Positions 17,064 to 28,800 of a stretch of DNA of 32,000 nt are shown in pieces. Source of the stretch: Propionibacterium freudenreichii subsp. freudenreichii (lineage in GTDB: Bacteria > Actinomycetota > Actinomycetes > Propionibacteriales > Propionibacteriaceae). The first letter of the stretch is position 1. Each line of letters begins with the position of its first letter. The stretch covers positions 210,001 to 242,000 of the forward strand of contig NZ_CP010341.1 in NCBI RefSeq assembly GCF_000940845.1. The letters are read 5' to 3'. Both the position numbers and the translations under genes were made by a program. The notes under the pieces are model-generated. The model was not told where the DNA came from. It worked only from the letters and a program-made list of their open reading frames with translations, and did no database searches.

Positions 17064-17690
17064 TCAGGCAGGTTGCTGCACGTAGAGTTCCTTCACCGCG
17101 TCGGCCACTTCGAGGGCGCCGGCCTGCTGTGCGAAGGCCGTCATGGCGCTGGCGAAGATCTGGCGCTCATAGGGCACCGCTCCGCTGGCGATCAGCAGCC
17201 CGTAGCCCTGCATGAAGGCGCTGGCCTTCACGAACAGCTCCCGCTGGCGCTCGTGGTCGACGTTCTCACCGAACAGCGCATCGAGGGTGTCCAGGGTGAG
17301 TGCCAACAGCGGCGAGCTGCGGTCGGGTTTGGTGACGCCCTGCCAGAAACGTCCCACGGGCAGTGCGGAGAACAGGAAGTCCATCAGCTCCCGGTCCTTC
17401 TCGAAGCGGTTCGACATCACCTCGCCCAGCAGCACCAGGCGCTCATGTGGCGTTGGCGTGAGGCCGGCCATCCTGGCCTGGGCCTCCTCGACGATCTGTT
17501 GGCCCACCGACGCGGCGGCGGCCGCCAACAACTCGTCCTTGCCCGAGAAACGTCGGTACAGCGCCCCGGTGGTCATGCCGGCTCGCGCCGCCAGTTCCCG
17601 CAACGACAGGTTGCGGTATCCGACGCGCCGGATCTCGCGGATTGCCACCGAGATGATCAGCATGCCGGTGGCATCGTAAGTAGTCATCAT
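17064..17690 (-). CDS. TetR/AcrR-family transcriptional regulator
   Basis: N-terminal TetR HTH (AIREIRRVGYRNLSLRELAARAGMTTGALYRRFSGKDELL) followed by an all-helical ligand domain; 208 aa; upstream of the MFS pump. Confidence 0.85.
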   Translation of the reverse strand: MMTTYDATGMLIISVAIREIRRVGYRNLSLRELAARAGMTTGALYRRFSGKDELLAAAAASVGQQIVEEAQARMAGLTPTPHERLVLLGEVMSNRFEKDRELMDFLFSALPVGRFWQGVTKPDRSSPLLALTLDTLDALFGENVDHERQRELFVKASAFMQGYGLLIASGAVPYERQIFASAMTAFAQQAGALEVADAVKELYVQQPA

Positions 17691-17708
17691 TCGCCCCTTG
17701 ACTCGTTC

Positions 17709-17723
17709 TAACTCGTTGAGTTA
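17709..17723. promoter_or_regulatory. Candidate TetR operator: inverted repeat TAACTC-gtt-GAGTTA
   Basis: The palindrome lies 19 nt upstream of the tetR start codon, in the divergent tetR/ykoF-like intergenic region. actcgtt also occurs twice in tandem (17701 and 17711). Confidence 0.4.
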
Positions 17724-17890
17724 CTGCCCGGTCCGTCAAAACGGGGTGGGACTGCGAGCATCTGGGGGCAGAGGTCCTTCGGTGGTGGATGGTCACCACG
17801 TCAGGCGGGGGCGTGTGCAGTCGATCCGCGGATCGGTCAGCCAATGAAATTGTCGCTGCGGACACAGCGGACCAGCCCTAGGCTGGCAGC

Positions 17891-18208
17891 ATGCTCGTAG
17901 CATTCACTATCAGCCCCATGGGCAACGACAACCCCGATGGTTCCGTCCACGACGCGGTGGCCGCAGCCGTCAAGGTCGTCCGGGATTCCGGACTCCCCAA
18001 TGAGACCAACTCCATGTTCACCACCATTGAAGGTAGCTGGGACGAGTGTATGCGCGTCGTGCACGATTCCTGCGCAGCCGTGGAAAAAGTTGCACCGAGG
18101 GTCTCCCTGGTGCTGAAGGCGGACATCCGCCCGGGCCACACCGGCGAGCTCACCGGCAAGGTGGAGCGCCTCGACGCCGCCCTGGAGAAGTTGGACGAAT
18201 CCAAGTAG
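17891..18208 (+). CDS. MTH1187/YkoF-family (DUF77) thiamine-binding-like protein
   Basis: 105 aa, MLVAFTISPMG...SVHDAVAAAVKVVRDSGLPNETNSMFTTIEGSWDECMRVV, the typical ferredoxin-like single-domain DUF77 pattern. Confidence 0.75.
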   Translation: MLVAFTISPMGNDNPDGSVHDAVAAAVKVVRDSGLPNETNSMFTTIEGSWDECMRVVHDSCAAVEKVAPRVSLVLKADIRPGHTGELTGKVERLDAALEKLDESK

Positions 18209-18231
18209 TCCGCACCCCCCATCCGGCCACC

Positions 18232-18270
18232 GACGCCCTGCAGCAGCATCGCCTGTTGCAGGGCGTCTTT
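18232..18270 (+). terminator. Intrinsic terminator after the ykoF-like gene
   Basis: 11-bp stem gacgccctgca / tgcagggcgtc, followed by ttt. Confidence 0.7.
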
Positions 18271-18533
18271 GCGCCTGCGTTGACAGGACAATCGGTCAGC
18301 GTGCGGGCTCGTCTGCAGGCGTGTCGGGGGATTTCCGACCAAAACAGTCCGTATTTGGAACCTCGCCTAGGCGCAGGCCAGATCCATGAGTAACATCGGC
18401 CTTGTGTGGGATTGGTGGGACCAATCTGACACAAGGCTGAATCGTCCTGCGGCACAGCAGCTGCGGGGCTGGATCAGACAACTGCCTCCGTCCGGAGGCA
18501 ACGCACAGACGAGGTAGAGGAAAAGGTCTTTCC

Positions 18534-20165
18534 ATGTCACCTGAACGTCGCGACATCACGCAGTTGCCCGACCTCACGACCGGAGAAGGTCGCGTTGGGC
18601 CGGTGCGCACGCGGATGCCCATCTATGTTGACCTGTTGCCCCCCTGTAACAACGCTTGCCCAGCGGGCGAGAATTGCCAGGAGTGGCTGCGGCTGGTCAA
18701 GGAAACGGACCCGGAGTCCGCATGGCGTCAGCTCGTGCGCGACAACCCGTTCCCCGCCATTCACGGTCGCGTGTGCTACCACCCCTGCGAGACCGCCTGC
18801 AACCGCGGCGACCTCGATTCGGCGGTCTCCATCCACTCGGTGGAGCGCTACCTGGGTGACCTAGCTATCGAGAAGGGCTGGGGCTTCGACAAGCCCCGCA
18901 ACAACTCCGGCTTCCGCATCCTCGTGATCGGCGCCGGCCCCGCGGGATTGTCCGCGGCTTACCACCTGGCCCGTCTGGGCCATGAGGTGGAAATCCACGA
19001 CGCCGGCAGCCAGGCCGGCGGCATGATGCGTTACGGCATCCCCGAATACCGCCTTCCGCGCGACGTCGTCGACGCCGAGATCAAGCGCGTCGAGAGCCTC
19101 GGGGTGAAGATCGAACTCAACCACCACGTCAAGGACCTCGTCGCCGAGCAGAAGTCGGGCCATTTCGATGCGGTCTTCGTGGCCGTCGGCGCGCACCTGT
19201 CGCGTCGCGTTGAGATCCCCAGCATGGATGCCGGCCACATGGTCGACGCCGTTGACTTCCTGCGCAATGTTGCCAGTGGCGACAAGCCGGTCATCGGCCG
19301 CCGCGTGGCCGTCTACGGCGGTGGCAATACCGCCATGGACGCCGCCCGTACCGCCCGCCGTCTGGGCGCCGAGGATGCCGTGATCATCTACCGGCGCACC
19401 GAGAACGAGATGCCCGCCCACAAGGAGGAGCTCGAGGAGGCCGAACGCGAGGGCGTGCAGGTGCACTGGCTGCGCACCATCAATGAGATGCAGCAGGGCG
19501 ACATCAAGGTCGAGATCATGGAACTCGACAAGGACGGCAAGCCCCACGGCACCGGCAAGTACGAGACGCTGGCCGCTGATACCGTCATCATGGCCGTCGG
19601 CCAGGTTGCCGACACCGGCTTCCTGCACGACATCCCCGGCATGCAGTTCAACGGCGACGTGGTGAAGGTTGATCCCACCACCCTGATGACCGATGTTCCC
19701 GGCATCTTTGCCGGTGGCGATGCCGTTCCCTCCGAGCGCACCGTCACGGTGGGCGTCGGCCACGGGAAGCGTGCTGCCAAGCAGATCGATACCTGGTTGA
19801 ACCACCAGAACCCGCAGACCAAGGTGAAGCACCCCATCGTGCACTTCGACGACCTGCACCTGTGGTACTTCGGTGATCACCCCCGCGAGGTGCAGCCCGA
19901 GCTCGACCCGGCCGCCCGCGTGAGCGATTTCGATGAGGTCGTGAAGGGCCTGTCCGCGGATGAGGCCATCTTCGAGGCCACGCGCTGCCTGTCGTGTGGC
20001 AACTGCTTCGAGTGCGACGGCTGCTACGGCTCGTGCCCCGAAGACGCAATCGTGAAGCTCGGCAAGGGACATCGCTACCGCTTCGACTATGACAAGTGCA
20101 CCGGCTGTGGCACCTGCTTCGAGCAGTGCCCGGTGCATGCCATCGAGATGATTCCGGAGAAGTGA
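18534..20165 (+). CDS. GltD-like NAD(P)H-dependent FAD oxidoreductase fused to a C-terminal 2x[4Fe-4S] ferredoxin domain
   Basis: N-terminal Fe-S Cys cluster (CNNACPAGENC ... CYHPCETAC), Rossmann motifs ILVIGAGPAGLSAAYHL and VAVYGGGNTAMDAART, FAGGD, and C-terminal CLSCGNCFECDGCYGSCP plus CTGCGTCFEQCP. Confidence 0.85.
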   Translation: MSPERRDITQLPDLTTGEGRVGPVRTRMPIYVDLLPPCNNACPAGENCQEWLRLVKETDPESAWRQLVRDNPFPAIHGRVCYHPCETACNRGDLDSAVSIHSVERYLGDLAIEKGWGFDKPRNNSGFRILVIGAGPAGLSAAYHLARLGHEVEIHDAGSQAGGMMRYGIPEYRLPRDVVDAEIKRVESLGVKIELNHHVKDLVAEQKSGHFDAVFVAVGAHLSRRVEIPSMDAGHMVDAVDFLRNVASGDKPVIGRRVAVYGGGNTAMDAARTARRLGAEDAVIIYRRTENEMPAHKEELEEAEREGVQVHWLRTINEMQQGDIKVEIMELDKDGKPHGTGKYETLAADTVIMAVGQVADTGFLHDIPGMQFNGDVVKVDPTTLMTDVPGIFAGGDAVPSERTVTVGVGHGKRAAKQIDTWLNHQNPQTKVKHPIVHFDDLHLWYFGDHPREVQPELDPAARVSDFDEVVKGLSADEAIFEATRCLSCGNCFECDGCYGSCPEDAIVKLGKGHRYRFDYDKCTGCGTCFEQCPVHAIEMIPEK

Positions 20166-20170
20166 GCAAT

Positions 20171-23938
<3,768 letters not shown>

Positions 23939-23939
23939 G

Positions 23940-25088
23940 ATGTCGATCAACTACGGAAGTGACGCACTGGCCGCTGCTGCGGCCTCGGCCGCGGCGAAGT
24001 CGGTGGCGGGCAATGCCACCACCGACCAGCTGATGGCCCCGCGCGAGGTGAACGCCCAGGTGACGGTGCCCAACACCACCGACCTGAGCTCGAACTACAT
24101 GGGCTTGCCGCTGCGCAACCCGGTGGTGGCCTCGGCCGGTCCGCTCGCCCAGACCGTCGACTCGATCAAGACGCTCGAGGACGCCGGCGTGGGTGCGGTG
24201 GTGATGCACTCGTTGTTCGAGGAGCAGCTGCGCTACGAGAGCGAGCAGATCGTCCAGCAGACCGAGGAGCAGTCGGAGAGCTTCGCTGAAGCGCTCAGCT
24301 ATTTCCCGGTCACCGCGATCGCCTCGGTGGGTGCGACGCTGTCGAGCCAGTACCTGCAGGTGCTGGAGGACGGCGCCAAGGCGCTCGAGATTCCGCTGAT
24401 CGGCAGCCTCAACGGTGCCAGTGGCGGCACGTGGACCGCAGAGGCCCGTCGCATGCAGGACGCGGGTGCGTCAGCCATCGAGCTGAACATCTACCTGGTT
24501 CCCGGCGATACGTCGATCACCGGCCGTGAGGTCGAGGACCGCCACGTCGAGATCCTGCGTGCGGTGAAGGACGTCGTGAACATCCCGGTGGCCGTGAAGC
24601 TGTCGCCGTACTTCAGCAGCTTCGGTGAGGTGGCCACGTCCCTGTGCGACGCCGGCGCCGATGGCCTGGTGATGTTCAACCGCTTCCTGCAGCCCGACAT
24701 CGACGTGAACAAGCGCGAGGTCGTGTCCGGCTTCGAGCTGTCGTCGCCCGAGATCGGACGCCTGCCGCGCACCTGGGCAGCCGTGCTGAGTGGCAAGGTC
24801 AAGTCGTCGTTGGCGGTGTCGGGTGGCGTGGAGACGCGCGACGACATCGTCAAGGGCCTGCTGGCCGGTGCCGACGTCGTGATGACCACCTCGGCGCTGG
24901 TGCGCCACGGTGCCGCCTATGCGGGTCGCCTCATCGACGGCCTGCGCGACTACCTGCGGCGCAGCGACCTGACGCTCGACCAGCTGCGTGGCATGCTGGC
25001 CGTTCCCTCCGACGCCTCGGCCTCGGAGTATGAGCGTTCGGGTTATGTGTCGGCCATTGAGAAGGCCAAGCGCCGGTACGGCGTGTAA
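23940..25088 (+). CDS. Dihydroorotate dehydrogenase-like (class 1 DHOD/DPD-fold FMN TIM-barrel) protein
   Basis: GLPLRNPVVASAGPL..T....K.LEDAGVGAVV.HSLFEEQ, NIYLVPGD, VAVKLSPYF and VSGGV at the C-terminal phosphate-binding region. ATG 23940 has GGAGGG 9 nt upstream; the alternative ATG 23931 overlaps the nifJ stop. Confidence 0.75.
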   Translation: MSINYGSDALAAAAASAAAKSVAGNATTDQLMAPREVNAQVTVPNTTDLSSNYMGLPLRNPVVASAGPLAQTVDSIKTLEDAGVGAVVMHSLFEEQLRYESEQIVQQTEEQSESFAEALSYFPVTAIASVGATLSSQYLQVLEDGAKALEIPLIGSLNGASGGTWTAEARRMQDAGASAIELNIYLVPGDTSITGREVEDRHVEILRAVKDVVNIPVAVKLSPYFSSFGEVATSLCDAGADGLVMFNRFLQPDIDVNKREVVSGFELSSPEIGRLPRTWAAVLSGKVKSSLAVSGGVETRDDIVKGLLAGADVVMTTSALVRHGAAYAGRLIDGLRDYLRRSDLTLDQLRGMLAVPSDASASEYERSGYVSAIEKAKRRYGV

Positions 25089-25172
25089 GAACAACAGGGC
25101 GCCGGTACGGCGTGTGAGATGTTCTGGCCGTGTCCGGCGCCGGACAGCCGGTGACATGGCCGGATGAACGAT

Positions 25173-25207
25173 GAAGGAGGCCGTCCCCATCAGGGGGCGG
25201 CCTCCTT
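25173..25207. terminator. Hairpin between the convergent DHOD-like and ALDH genes
   Basis: gaaggaggccg(t)cccc-atca-gggggcggcctccttc; GC-rich stem with one bulge and no U-tract (the I-shaped type common in high-GC actinobacteria). Confidence 0.6.
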
Positions 25208-25335
25208 CGTGTCGTGGCGGGCGTTGTGGGCACATGGTGGGTACCTGGCGGGCACCTGCCAAGGGTGCGTGGGTGGTGACGCAGCTCGGCCCCACCCCGC
25301 ATGAGCAGGATGGGGCCGAGTGGTGCGTCCAGCGG

Positions 25336-26760
25336 TTACTCCATCGAGCTCATCACGTGCTTGACGCGGGTGTACTCCTCCACGGAGTACTTCGACAGGT
25401 CCTTGCCGTAGCCCGACGACTTGAAGCCGCCGTGGGGCATCTCGGCGACCAGCGGGATGTGGCAGTTGATCCACACGCACCCGAAGTCGAGCGCGGCCGA
25501 CATCCGCAGCGCCCGCGCATGGTCGCGCGTCCAGACCGACGAGGCGAGTCCGTAGGGCACCCCATTACCCATGGCGACGGCCTGATCCTCGGTGTCGAAG
25601 GTCTGCACCGTGAGCACCGGGCCGAAGATCTCGTTCTGCACCAGGGCGTCGTCCTGGTTGAGGCCGTCGAGCACGGTCGGCTCGAAGTAGAAGCCCGGAC
25701 GGTCGGCCTGCTTGCCGCCGGTGACCACCTCGGCATGGGCCGGCAGCGAATCGACGGCCTCCTGCACCCGGGCCAGCTGGTTGGCGTTGTTCAGCGGGCC
25801 GTAGAGCGCATCGGCGTCGTCGGGGCTGCCGAAGCGGGTGGAGCGGGCGTACTTGGCCAGCGCCGCGACGAACTCGTCGTGGACGCCGGCCTGCACCAGT
25901 AGGCGGGTGGATGAGGTGCAGTCCTGGCCGGCATTGAAGAAGCCGGCGGTGGTGAGCGCCTCGGCGGCCGCATCCACGTCGGCGTCGTCGAAGACGATGC
26001 ACGGTGCCTTGCCGCCCAGCTCCAGGTGACAGCGGGTGAGGTTCTCGGCGGCGGCCTTCGCCACCTCGATGCCGGCGCGCACCGAGCCGGTGATCGATAC
26101 CAGGCCCGGCACCTTCGAGCCCACCACCATTGCACCGGTGGCGGCACGGCCGAGCACCACGTTGAAGGTGCCCTCGGGCAGGAACTCAGCAGCCAACTGG
26201 GCCAGCAGCAGGGTGGACTCGGGGGTGGTGTCGGAGGGCTTCAGCACGATCGTGTTGCCGGCGGCCAGGGCCGGGCCGATCTTCCAGATGGCCATCATGA
26301 GCGGATAGTTCCAGGGGGTCACCTGGCCCACGACGCCGATCGGTTCGCGGCGGATCACCGAGTTCATGTTCTCCATGTACTCACCCGATGCCAGGCCCTC
26401 CATGATGCGGGCGGCGCCGGCGAAGAAGCGGATCTGGTCGGCGCCCACCGTGACCTCCTCGGAGGCGATCAGGTGCTTGGGCTGGCCGGTGTTGCGGCTC
26501 TGGGCGGCCACCAGCTCGTCGCTGTGCGCCTCGATGGCGTCGGCCAGTTTCAGCATGGCTCGTTGGCGTTCGCCGGGGATCATCTTTCCCCAGGTGCGCG
26601 TGGCGTCCTTCGCGGCGGCGTAGGCGGCGTCGACGTCGGCCTGGTTCGACGCGGGCGATTGCCCGGTGACTTCGGCGGTGGCCGGATCAACCAGGTTGAA
26701 TGATTCGCTGCTGGTTGAGGCGACGAAGCGGTTGTTGATGAAGTTCTGCAAGAGCGCCAC
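25336..26760 (-). CDS. NAD(P)+-dependent aldehyde dehydrogenase (aminobutyraldehyde/betaine-aldehyde DH-like)
   Basis: ELGGKAPCIVFDDAD (catalytic Glu), FNAGQDCTSSTR (catalytic Cys), VTPWNYPLMMAIWK, PEGTFNVV.G. GTG start at 26760 (VALLQNFINNRF) with GAGGAG upstream. The 107-codon upstream extension in the ORF track is Pro/Arg-rich non-homologous sequence. Confidence 0.9.
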   Translation of the reverse strand: MALLQNFINNRFVASTSSESFNLVDPATAEVTGQSPASNQADVDAAYAAAKDATRTWGKMIPGERQRAMLKLADAIEAHSDELVAAQSRNTGQPKHLIASEEVTVGADQIRFFAGAARIMEGLASGEYMENMNSVIRREPIGVVGQVTPWNYPLMMAIWKIGPALAAGNTIVLKPSDTTPESTLLLAQLAAEFLPEGTFNVVLGRAATGAMVVGSKVPGLVSITGSVRAGIEVAKAAAENLTRCHLELGGKAPCIVFDDADVDAAAEALTTAGFFNAGQDCTSSTRLLVQAGVHDEFVAALAKYARSTRFGSPDDADALYGPLNNANQLARVQEAVDSLPAHAEVVTGGKQADRPGFYFEPTVLDGLNQDDALVQNEIFGPVLTVQTFDTEDQAVAMGNGVPYGLASSVWTRDHARALRMSAALDFGCVWINCHIPLVAEMPHGGFKSSGYGKDLSKYSVEEYTRVKHVMSSME

Positions 26761-27015
26761 GGAGTTCTCCTCTGCTGATGGGCCCGGCGGACAGTGGTGG
26801 CCGGCGGGTTCGTATGGCCTTGTCAGCCGGCACACCTGTTGTGCGAAACGATAGGCGCGCACGGGGTGGGGTGGGTGCGATATCCACACGGTGACGCACG
26901 CGGATGGTGGGCATCGCCCCTGCCGGCGCGCCCGGAGTGCCCCGGGCGACGGTCGGGAGGATGGCCGGGACACACCGACGCCGCGCTCGTCGGGGCGGTC
27001 GGGCCCTGCCGGGGG

Positions 27016-27068
27016 GATTGCCGGTGAGGATTGTCGGGGTGAGATTGCCGGGGTGGATTGACCGGCGC
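27016..27068. repeat. 13/14-bp tandem repeat, 4 units (GATTGCCGGGGTG-like)
   Basis: gattgccggtgag / gattgtcggggtga / gattgccggggtg / gattgaccggcgc, in the 498-bp divergent region between the ALDH gene and the first small membrane-protein gene. Confidence 0.8.
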
Positions 27069-27116
27069 GAACCATGGACATCGGGCGTCGGCTCGCCTAG
27101 CCTTCCAGAACACCCA

Positions 27117-27190
27117 TGGCCCGTCGGAGCGGCCAATCGGTCAGGACGGCGCGTCGCAACGGCCCGGCCGCGTGGCCCGTCGGAGCGGCC
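27117..27190. repeat. Perfect 18-bp direct repeat pair (TGGCCCGTCGGAGCGGCC), 56 bp apart
   Basis: Copies at 27117-27134 and 27173-27190. The offset is not a multiple of 3, so this is not a coding repeat. It lies 70-140 bp upstream of the 27259 start codon. Confidence 0.8.
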
Positions 27191-27258
27191 GGCACGGTGA
27201 CTGGCGGGCAGGGGTGGGCGAACGATTCCAGGAAGACCCCTCGACTTCTGGAGGAACC

Positions 27259-27558
27259 ATGAAGGGCTCAACGAAGTTGCTCGTCATCGGCGTCGTGCTG
27301 TTGGTGCTGGGCTGCGGCGTCACATTCCTGCAATACCTGAACTTCACCAGCGCTGATCGTCAGGGACCTGACGGCCCGGAGCTGCTGCCGCTTGCCGTGC
27401 TGGACTTCGCGATGTCGATCTGCGGCTACCTGGGCGCGGCACTCACCGCGGTGGCGATCGGCCTCAAGGTGGCGGCCGGCGGAGATGCCCGGGCCGTGCT
27501 GCCCGACCTGGACGACGAGCTCGACGACGAGATCGCCCTGGGCCGGGGGCCCGCATGA
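27259..27558 (+). CDS. Small two-TM membrane protein with acidic C-terminal tail (P1, 99 aa), unknown family
   Basis: ATG with GGAGGA 4-9 nt upstream and strong GC3 codon bias. Two hydrophobic helices (LLVIGVVLLVLGCGV; LAVLDFAMSICGYLGAALTAVAIGL) and the tail DLDDELDDE. Paralogous to P2. Confidence 0.6.
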   Translation: MKGSTKLLVIGVVLLVLGCGVTFLQYLNFTSADRQGPDGPELLPLAVLDFAMSICGYLGAALTAVAIGLKVAAGGDARAVLPDLDDELDDEIALGRGPA

Positions 27559-27592
27559 GCGCGCGGCTGCCGGCGCCGGCCGGGAGCACGCC

Positions 27593-27802
27593 ATGAGGGG
27601 CTCCACGAAGATGATCATCGTCGGAGCGGTGCTCGTGGTGGCCATCATGGTTGCCGGGGAGGTCTGGGGTGCCGGAAGCTCTTCCGGCGGCACGACGCTG
27701 TGGGCCGCGCTCAACCCGGTGACCCGATTCGGCCTGCTGCTGGGGACGATGCTCACGGCGGTGGGCGTCGGCATCCGCGTGTGGATGCGCCGCACCAAAT
27801 AG
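27593..27802 (+). CDS. Small two-TM membrane protein (P2, 69 aa), paralog of P1
   Basis: MRGSTKMIIVGAVLVV aligns with P1 MKGSTKLLVIGVVLLV, and LTAVGVGIRV aligns with P1 LTAVAIGLKV. GGGAG upstream; GC3-rich. Confidence 0.6.
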   Translation: MRGSTKMIIVGAVLVVAIMVAGEVWGAGSSSGGTTLWAALNPVTRFGLLLGTMLTAVGVGIRVWMRRTK

Positions 27803-27873
27803 GGTGGTGCCCGGTGGGTCCGGCAGGGGTCCGGGGCAATGGGCGTCGAGGCAACGAGGAGGTCTTCCCGCGC

Positions 27874-28245
27874 ATGAAGAGCCGCACCGTGGCCCGTGTC
27901 GTCCGCGTGGCGCTCGTGGCGCTGTGCGCGATCATCGGGGTCGTGCTGCTGGTGATGGGGCGCCATGTGCTCGGCGCCGTCGTGCTGGTGGGTGGTGCCG
28001 GCCTGCTCGGCATGGGCACCCAGGTGATCGGTGACCCGCACGACATCCATGGCTTGCCCGCCGGGGTGAGCGCTGCCGACATCAAGGCCTATCGTCGGGC
28101 CCATCGCGGAGCCACCATCTCCGACGCGATCCGCGCGCTGGGCGGGGACGCTCCCGGCGGCCCCGACCGAGACGGCGGCCCCGACCGACACGACGAGGGC
28201 GGCGGCAACGGCGACGACGGCCGGCCGCCGGGTGCCGGGCAATGA
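27874..28245 (+). CDS. Small two-TM membrane protein with soluble C-terminal region and Gly/Asp-rich tail (P3, 123 aa), unknown family
   Basis: GAGGAGG upstream. TM hairpin (VALVALCAIIGVVLLVMG / GAVVLVGGAGLLGMG), then GLPAGVSAADIKAYRRAHRGATISDAIRAL, then a GGPDRD/GGPDRH tandem (18-bp DNA repeat at 28156-28191). GC3-rich. Confidence 0.55.
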   Translation: MKSRTVARVVRVALVALCAIIGVVLLVMGRHVLGAVVLVGGAGLLGMGTQVIGDPHDIHGLPAGVSAADIKAYRRAHRGATISDAIRALGGDAPGGPDRDGGPDRHDEGGGNGDDGRPPGAGQ

Positions 28246-28330
28246 TCGCCTCGCCGAATCACCGGCCGACCGCTAACGTTCAGGATGACCACGCCGTTCG
28301 CACCCTGCCCGGCGTCGAGAAGGGGCCCCC

Positions 28331-28531
28331 ATGAAGCTGAAGAACATCATCCAGGCCCTGATCGCCCTGATCCTGATCGTGGCCGCCGTCGGGCTCTACA
28401 AGGTGGGGCAGGTCTGGCCCGCGTGGATCTGCGTGGTCGTCGGCATCGTGGTGGCCGTCTGGGGCGGCACCGCCAGTGGACGCACCCGCAGCGGGCGTCC
28501 CCGCAACCCGGAACGCACCCGCTCGGCCTGA
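28331..28531 (+). CDS. Small two-TM membrane protein with basic C-terminal tail (P4, 66 aa), unknown family
   Basis: IIQALIALILIVAAVGL / VWPAWICVVVGIVVAVWGG followed by an Arg-rich tail (GRTRSGRPRNPERTRSA). GAAGGGG upstream; GC3-rich. Confidence 0.55.
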   Translation: MKLKNIIQALIALILIVAAVGLYKVGQVWPAWICVVVGIVVAVWGGTASGRTRSGRPRNPERTRSA

Positions 28532-28555
28532 GCCATCGGGACCCGCAAAGTCGAA

Positions 28556-28712
28556 GATAGGGGCGGATGAGGCACCGAAGACGGTGCTTTATCCGCCCCT
28601 ATCCTGCGCAATGGTCCACTCAGGGAGGACTTTTGCAGGGTGGACGACGTAAAGGTCCTCCCCATCCCGCGTTGCCGGAGCCACGCCCGTCGCCACCCAA
28701 TGTGACGGCCCG
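28556..28712. repeat. Left copy of the ~157-bp direct repeat flanking the AbiE pair; begins with palindromic element copy 2
   Basis: gataggggcggatgaggcaccg-aaga-cggtgctttatccgcccctatc, then ctgcgcaatggtccactcagggaggacttttgcagggtggacgacgtaaaggtcctccccatcccgcg...cacgcccgtcgccacccaatgtgacggcccg. About 88-90% identical by eye to 30393-30551. Confidence 0.85.
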
Positions 28713-28800
28713 CGTGCAGGACCCGTCAATCAGGCAACCTGGTTTGCGTCAGGCAGGTCGACCGCGGCTCCCTTCGAGGAAGAGTATGGCCATATGCGGC

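Noticed and set aside
17700-17890. Possible TPP riboswitch upstream of the thiamine-binding-like ykoF/DUF77 gene
   Set aside because: I looked for the conserved CUGAGA and ACCUGAUCYGG/GCCAGCG cores and found neither. Only a GGGGUG-like stretch is present, which is not sufficient.
26761-27081. 107-codon N-terminal extension of the aldehyde dehydrogenase ORF (ORF-track start 27081)
   Set aside because: The extension is Pro/Arg/Ser-rich, has no ALDH homology, and covers tandem DNA repeats. A GTG with a good GAGGAG SD sequence at 26760 gives a canonical 474-aa ALDH.
27268-28242. 324-aa minus-strand ORF spanning the small-membrane-protein genes
   Set aside because: Its His/Asp/Gln/Arg-rich low-complexity translation has no SD sequence. 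The plus-strand small ORFs each have an SD sequence, a coherent TM hairpin and stronger GC3 bias.
28396-28665. Minus-strand ORFs at 28396-28665 and 30191-30586 share the peptide MGRTFTSSTLQKSSLSGPLRRIGAD..., which could suggest a duplicated small gene
   Set aside because: The shared peptide simply reflects translation of the duplicated 157-bp DNA repeat. Both ORFs run through the palindromic element and into the antisense of real genes (P4, abiEii), and the flanking parts are unrelated.
28604-28712. Direct repeats as tRNA-derived att sites of an integrated island
   Set aside because: Neither repeat copy contains a tRNA-like T-arm/acceptor sequence (GGTTCGAATCC-type, CCA end), and no integrase lies between or beside the repeats.
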